Below, one piece after another: positions 60,018 to 64,000 of a DNA stretch of 64,000 nt. Each line of letters begins with the position of its first letter. Positions within the stretch are counted from its first letter, which is position 1. This DNA comes from Pedobacter sp. (GTDB taxonomy: Bacteria; Desulfobacterota; Desulfuromonadia; Desulfuromonadales; Syntrophotaleaceae), in assembly GCA_050253415.1 (NCBI GenBank), contig JBFWJC010000001.1, forward strand, positions 1,160,679 through 1,224,678, written 5' to 3'. The translations under genes and the position numbers were made by a program. A model generated the notes under the pieces. It had not been told where the DNA came from. It saw nothing but the letters and a program-made list of their open reading frames with translations, and ran no database searches.

Positions 60018-61682
60018 ATGAGCAAGAAGCTGTTGCTGGCCGATGATAGTATTACCATCCAAAAGGTGGTTGGAATCATCTTCGCAAATGAAGATTGCAG
60101 CCTTGCAGTCGTTGGAGATGGCGATTCCGCTTTGGCTGCTATCCGTTCTGAGCGGCCTGACCTGATTATGGCTGATGTTCTCATGCCAGGGAAAAATGGC
60201 TATGAACTATGTGCCGCAGTGAAACAGGATCCCGCCTTGCGGGACGTGCCTGTCTTGTTGCTTACCGGGACTTTCGAACCGTTTGATGAAGCTCGTGCCC
60301 GTGCTGCAGGCGTCGATGACTGGATTGTGAAACCTTTTGAGTCGCAAGCCCTGCTTGACAAAGTGGCAGAACTTCTGGCCAAAGTTCCCGCGCCTGCTGT
60401 TGCCGATCTCCCTCTCCCTGAACTTGAAGACGATTTTGACGTCGTTGAAGACTTTATGGAGCAGGTGGGGACGGATGCCGATATGTGGCAAGAACTTCCT
60501 GAAACTTCCTTGGGGGTATCTGCTGCTGAAACTGTTCCCGGCGATCAGCCTTCCTTGCCTGAATCAACTACCGATGATTTTGATGAGCCGTTTTTTGCCG
60601 AGATGGCAAGTGGTCCTGAAGCTGTCATTCCTTCAGCGGCTGAAGAACTCGCCGATCGTTTTGATTCCTTTGAGTCGTCCATGCCAGACCCGATATCGGA
60701 AGTTGCTTCCGGGTGTCTTGTCGATGAAGAGGATATACCGCTTGCCGTGGCTCCCGGGGCTGAGGACGCTGTCGACAGTTCAGAAAGTAATCTTTGGCTG
60801 GATGAAACGGATGCGGACGAGGTTCTGTTTCTCGACGAGGATGATATTCTGGACGAAGATCTTCTCGCGGAAGATCTTGCAGCTGAACGGACCGCCGATT
60901 TGTCTTTTGAGTCGGGTGCTGATGTGTTCAGTTCCGAGGCGGATAGCGTGACGCCTCTGCCCTGCTCGGATTCAGATGCCACCACGGACGTACAAGAATC
61001 TTTTGAGCCGGTTGCTGAGCCGGTTGCTGAGCCGGTTGCTGAGCCGGTTGCTGAGCCGGTTGCTGAGCCGGTCGCTGAGCCGGTTGATGAGCCGGTCGCT
61101 GAGCCGGTTGATGAGCCGGTTGTTGAGCCGGTTGTTGAGCCGGTTGTTGAGCCGGTTGTTGAGCCGGTTGTTGAGCCGGTTGTTGAGCCGGTTGTTGAGC
61201 CGGTCGCTGAACCGGTCGCTGAACCGGTCGCTGAACCGGTAAATCGGGATGGTCTTGGTTTCTTCCAGAATCCTGGGCTCGTGGCCAAAATAGCTGCACC
61301 CCCTAAACGGGATGGGCTTGGATTCTTCCAGAGTGCAGGGCTTGTCGCTCGATTGGCCCAGCCAGCCGTGGTTCCTGTCGAGGTAGAAGAACCCGCTCCA
61401 GCTATTGAACTGGAAGAGGAGGTTTTTGCGGCGCCTGAGATTCCTGTAGCTGAGGTACCTGTGGCTGAAGTTTCTTCTGGCATCACCTCACCCGAAGAAG
61501 TGGAGAAACGGGTTGAGGGGCTTTCGGAGGACGACTTGAACCGCATTGTCGAAAAGGTAGCTGCTTCGGTTGTTGAACGTCTAGCCGGCACGATTCTGGA
61601 GCGTATCGCCTGGGAGGTTGTGCCCGATCTGGCGGAAAGTATCATTCGGGAAGAAATCCGGCACATAACTGCAAAATCCTGA
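60018..61682 (+). CDS. RomR-like response regulator (receiver, acidic Pro-rich linker, conserved C-terminal helix)
   Basis: LLLADDS.TIQKVV receiver and IAWEVVPDLAE.IIREEI C-terminus. Immediately upstream of valS, as recalled for myxobacterial romR. Confidence 0.82.
   Translation: MSKKLLLADDSITIQKVVGIIFANEDCSLAVVGDGDSALAAIRSERPDLIMADVLMPGKNGYELCAAVKQDPALRDVPVLLLTGTFEPFDEARARAAGVDDWIVKPFESQALLDKVAELLAKVPAPAVADLPLPELEDDFDVVEDFMEQVGTDADMWQELPETSLGVSAAETVPGDQPSLPESTTDDFDEPFFAEMASGPEAVIPSAAEELADRFDSFESSMPDPISEVASGCLVDEEDIPLAVAPGAEDAVDSSESNLWLDETDADEVLFLDEDDILDEDLLAEDLAAERTADLSFESGADVFSSEADSVTPLPCSDSDATTDVQESFEPVAEPVAEPVAEPVAEPVAEPVAEPVDEPVAEPVDEPVVEPVVEPVVEPVVEPVVEPVVEPVVEPVAEPVAEPVAEPVNRDGLGFFQNPGLVAKIAAPPKRDGLGFFQSAGLVARLAQPAVVPVEVEEPAPAIELEEEVFAAPEIPVAEVPVAEVSSGITSPEEVEKRVEGLSEDDLNRIVEKVAASVVERLAGTILERIAWEVVPDLAESIIREEIRHITAKS
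61005..61244 (+). repeat. in-frame 12-bp tandem repeat x20 (EPV[A/D/V/N])
   Basis: gagccggttg(c/a/t)t units counted directly. Confidence 0.97.
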
Positions 61683-61845
61683 TAATCGACGATGCTGGGT
61701 TTCTGCTGTGCCGACCAGGAACGGTAGGTACCTTGGATCGGGGTGCAATACAGAAGATGCCCGATGTGACACGATATCAGCTTGTGTTCCGATCCGTTGG
61801 AGGGTGCCGGCTTTGCGATAAACCTGCTCGTTGCAGGCTGAATAG

Positions 61846-61889
61846 TTGACGTACCGAACGGGGATTGCTAAAATCCCCGTTTGTTTTTT
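61846..61889 (+). promoter_or_regulatory. sigma70-like promoter overlapping a terminator-like hairpin upstream of valS
   Basis: TTGACG-17-TAAAAT (TGn extended) within aacggggatt/aatccccgtt followed by a T-rich tract. Confidence 0.65.
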
Positions 61890-61946
61890 GTCGGTGTGTG
61901 ATTGGCACCCCGGCCATGCATGCATTGCTTAAAGGATGGACTGCCC

Positions 61947-64000
61947 ATGGAACCGAAACTCCCCAAAGGTTACGAGCCTCATGATGTAGAGGCCAAATGG
62001 TATAAATTCTGGACCGATAACGGTTTGTTTCATGCCGATGAGGCTTCCGTGAAACCTCCGTTTTCCATCGTTATTCCCCCCCCAAATGTTACCGGCGTTC
62101 TGCACATGGGGCATGCTCTCAATAATACCCTGCAGGATATTCTGGTCCGTTGGAAAAGTATGGAAGGTTGCGAGGTGTTATGGCAACCCGGGACCGATCA
62201 TGCCGGCATTGCCACGCAAAACGTGGTGGAAAAACAACTGGCTGCCGAAGGCAGTAGTCGTCACGACCTCGGTCGTGACGGTTTTGTCGATCGGGTTTGG
62301 CAGTGGCGCACCGAGTCCGGCGGGCAGATCATTAACCAGTTGAAACGTCTTGGATCCTCCTGCGATTGGGAGCGTGAACGTTTCACCATGGATGAGGGGT
62401 TGTCGCGCGCTGTACGTGAAGTGTTCGTCACTTTATACGAAGAAGGTCTGATCTATCGGGATAATCGCTTGATCAACTGGTGTCCGCGCTGTCATACCGC
62501 ATTGTCGGATCTGGAAGTGGAGCACCAGGACCAGAAGGGCAGTCTTTGGCACCTTCGCTATCCTGTGGTCGGCACCGACCGTTACCTGGTGGTGGCGACG
62601 ACGCGTCCGGAAACCATGTTGGGCGACAGCGCCGTTGCGGTGCATCCTGAGGATGAGCGCTATGCCGATCTGATCGGCAAGTCGATCATGTTGCCGTTGA
62701 TGGAACGGCCGATTCCGATTATTGCCGATGATTATGTCGATAAAGAATTCGGCAGCGGGGCGGTAAAGATAACCCCGGCTCATGATTTTAACGATTTTGA
62801 AATCGGCAAGCGGCATAATCTCGAATTTATCAATATCTTCGATGAATCCGGCGTCGTCAATGTAAACGGAGGGGGCTACCAGGGCCTGGAGCGTTTTGAG
62901 GCACGCAAACAGGTGCTGGCGGATCTGGATGCCGCCGGCTTACTGGAGCGGGTCGATGAGCATCTTAATGCGGTAGGCGAATGCTATCGTTGCAAAACGG
63001 TTATCGAACCATATATGAGTCTGCAATGGTATGTAAATGTGCAGCCTTTGGCCGAGAAAGCTATTGAAGCTGTACAGACCGGACAGACCCGCATTATCCC
63101 TCAACAATGGGAAAAGACCTACTACGAGTGGATGTTTAACATCCGGGATTGGTGTATCAGTCGCCAGATCTGGTGGGGGCACCGGATCCCCGCCTGGTTC
63201 TGCGGTACCTGCAACGAGATCACCGTTTCCCGTGAAGATCCGACCGTTTGCGCCCATTGCGGAGCCACTGAACTCCGTCAGGAAACCGATGTCCTAGACA
63301 CTTGGTTCAGCTCGGCCCTGTGGCCTTTCTCCACGATGGGCTGGCCCGATAAAACAGCAACCCTGGAGAAATTCTATCCGACTTCCTGTCTGGTGACCGG
63401 ATTCGATATCCTGTTTTTCTGGGTGGCGCGCATGATGATGATGGGCATTAAGTTCATGGGCGAAGTACCTTTCAAGGATGTCTACATCCATGCTCTGGTG
63501 CGGGATGCGCAGGGGCAGAAAATGAGTAAGAGTAAGGGAAATGTCATTGATCCCCTCACCGTTATTGATGAGTATGGGACCGATGCTTTCCGTTTTACCC
63601 TCGCGGCGTTTGCCGCTCAGGGGCGTGATGTCAAGCTTTCCGTTGATCGTATTGCAGGGTATCGCAACTTCGTCAACAAACTCTGGAATGCCAGTCGTTT
63701 CGCGCTCATGAACCTCGAAGGTTTTGAACCTGCCACGACCAATCTGGACTGCAGTATGCTGACTCTCGCCGAGAGGTGGATCCTTACACGGTTGGCGGAT
63801 GCAGCCAAAGAAACCAGTCTAGCTCTGGAAGAATACAAATTTAACGAAGCTGCCAGCGTTCTTTACGCGTTTACCTGGCACGAGTTCTGTGACTGGTTTA
63901 TCGAGCTCAGCAAAGATGATCTTTACGGGGAAGACCTAACCCGCAAAACTACGGCTCAGACCGTGCTTTACACTGTGCTGGAGCAGTTGCTGCGTCTGTT
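61947..64000 (+). CDS. valS: valine--tRNA ligase (partial, runs off the window end)
   Basis: Own translation from the ATG at 61947: PPPNVTGVLHMGH, DWCISRQIWWGH, KMSKS near 63520. Confidence 0.97.
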   Translation, partial: MEPKLPKGYEPHDVEAKWYKFWTDNGLFHADEASVKPPFSIVIPPPNVTGVLHMGHALNNTLQDILVRWKSMEGCEVLWQPGTDHAGIATQNVVEKQLAAEGSSRHDLGRDGFVDRVWQWRTESGGQIINQLKRLGSSCDWERERFTMDEGLSRAVREVFVTLYEEGLIYRDNRLINWCPRCHTALSDLEVEHQDQKGSLWHLRYPVVGTDRYLVVATTRPETMLGDSAVAVHPEDERYADLIGKSIMLPLMERPIPIIADDYVDKEFGSGAVKITPAHDFNDFEIGKRHNLEFINIFDESGVVNVNGGGYQGLERFEARKQVLADLDAAGLLERVDEHLNAVGECYRCKTVIEPYMSLQWYVNVQPLAEKAIEAVQTGQTRIIPQQWEKTYYEWMFNIRDWCISRQIWWGHRIPAWFCGTCNEITVSREDPTVCAHCGATELRQETDVLDTWFSSALWPFSTMGWPDKTATLEKFYPTSCLVTGFDILFFWVARMMMMGIKFMGEVPFKDVYIHALVRDAQGQKMSKSKGNVIDPLTVIDEYGTDAFRFTLAAFAAQGRDVKLSVDRIAGYRNFVNKLWNASRFALMNLEGFEPATTNLDCSMLTLAERWILTRLADAAKETSLALEEYKFNEAASVLYAFTWHEFCDWFIELSKDDLYGEDLTRKTTAQTVLYTVLEQLLRL

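Noticed and set aside
61005..61244. Possible CRISPR array
   Set aside because: Contiguous 12-bp units without spacers, in frame within a CDS, and no cas genes in the window
60545..61666. Antisense and alternative-frame ORFs with TGSA, QQPA or LLSR repeats
   Set aside because: Other-frame readings of the 12-bp repeat inside the RomR-like gene
61683..61946. T-box riboswitch upstream of valS
   Set aside because: No UGGNACC antiterminator bulge and no recognisable stem I/specifier loop

Overview
Gene-dense bacterial chromosome segment. Gene content and organisation (RomR-like gene beside valS, MucR, NtrYX, sigma54 site upstream of lpxC, AhbD-like radical SAM) suggest a Desulfuromonadales-type deltaproteobacterium (inference). 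Most of it is core genome: priA, a haem cluster, ylqF, two near-identical cold-shock genes, ntrYX-lpxC, ubiB/phasin/patatin, ruvCAB-yebC-glpX, rarA, nadK-recN, secA-argJ-deoC-deoB, and the 5' part of valS. The main accessory element is an AT-richer block of about 9 kb (35.9-44.9 kb). It encodes a FadL-type porin, a SAM methyltransferase, two paralogous membrane-anchored V4R-like/GAF/HD-GYP/PilZ proteins and a PilZ-PilZ-GNAT-like protein. Together these look like a candidate hydrophobic small-molecule signalling circuit wired to c-di-GMP. Other notable signals are an apparently catalytically dead Type IIG restriction-modification-like protein downstream of ruvB, a duplicated structured leader of about 160 nt on both csp genes, a sigma54 promoter with tandem palindromes upstream of lpxC, and a 20x12-bp coding repeat in the RomR-like gene. 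No rRNA, tRNA, CRISPR array, transposase or integrase was recognised. All calls come from motif recognition by eye; no database searches were run.
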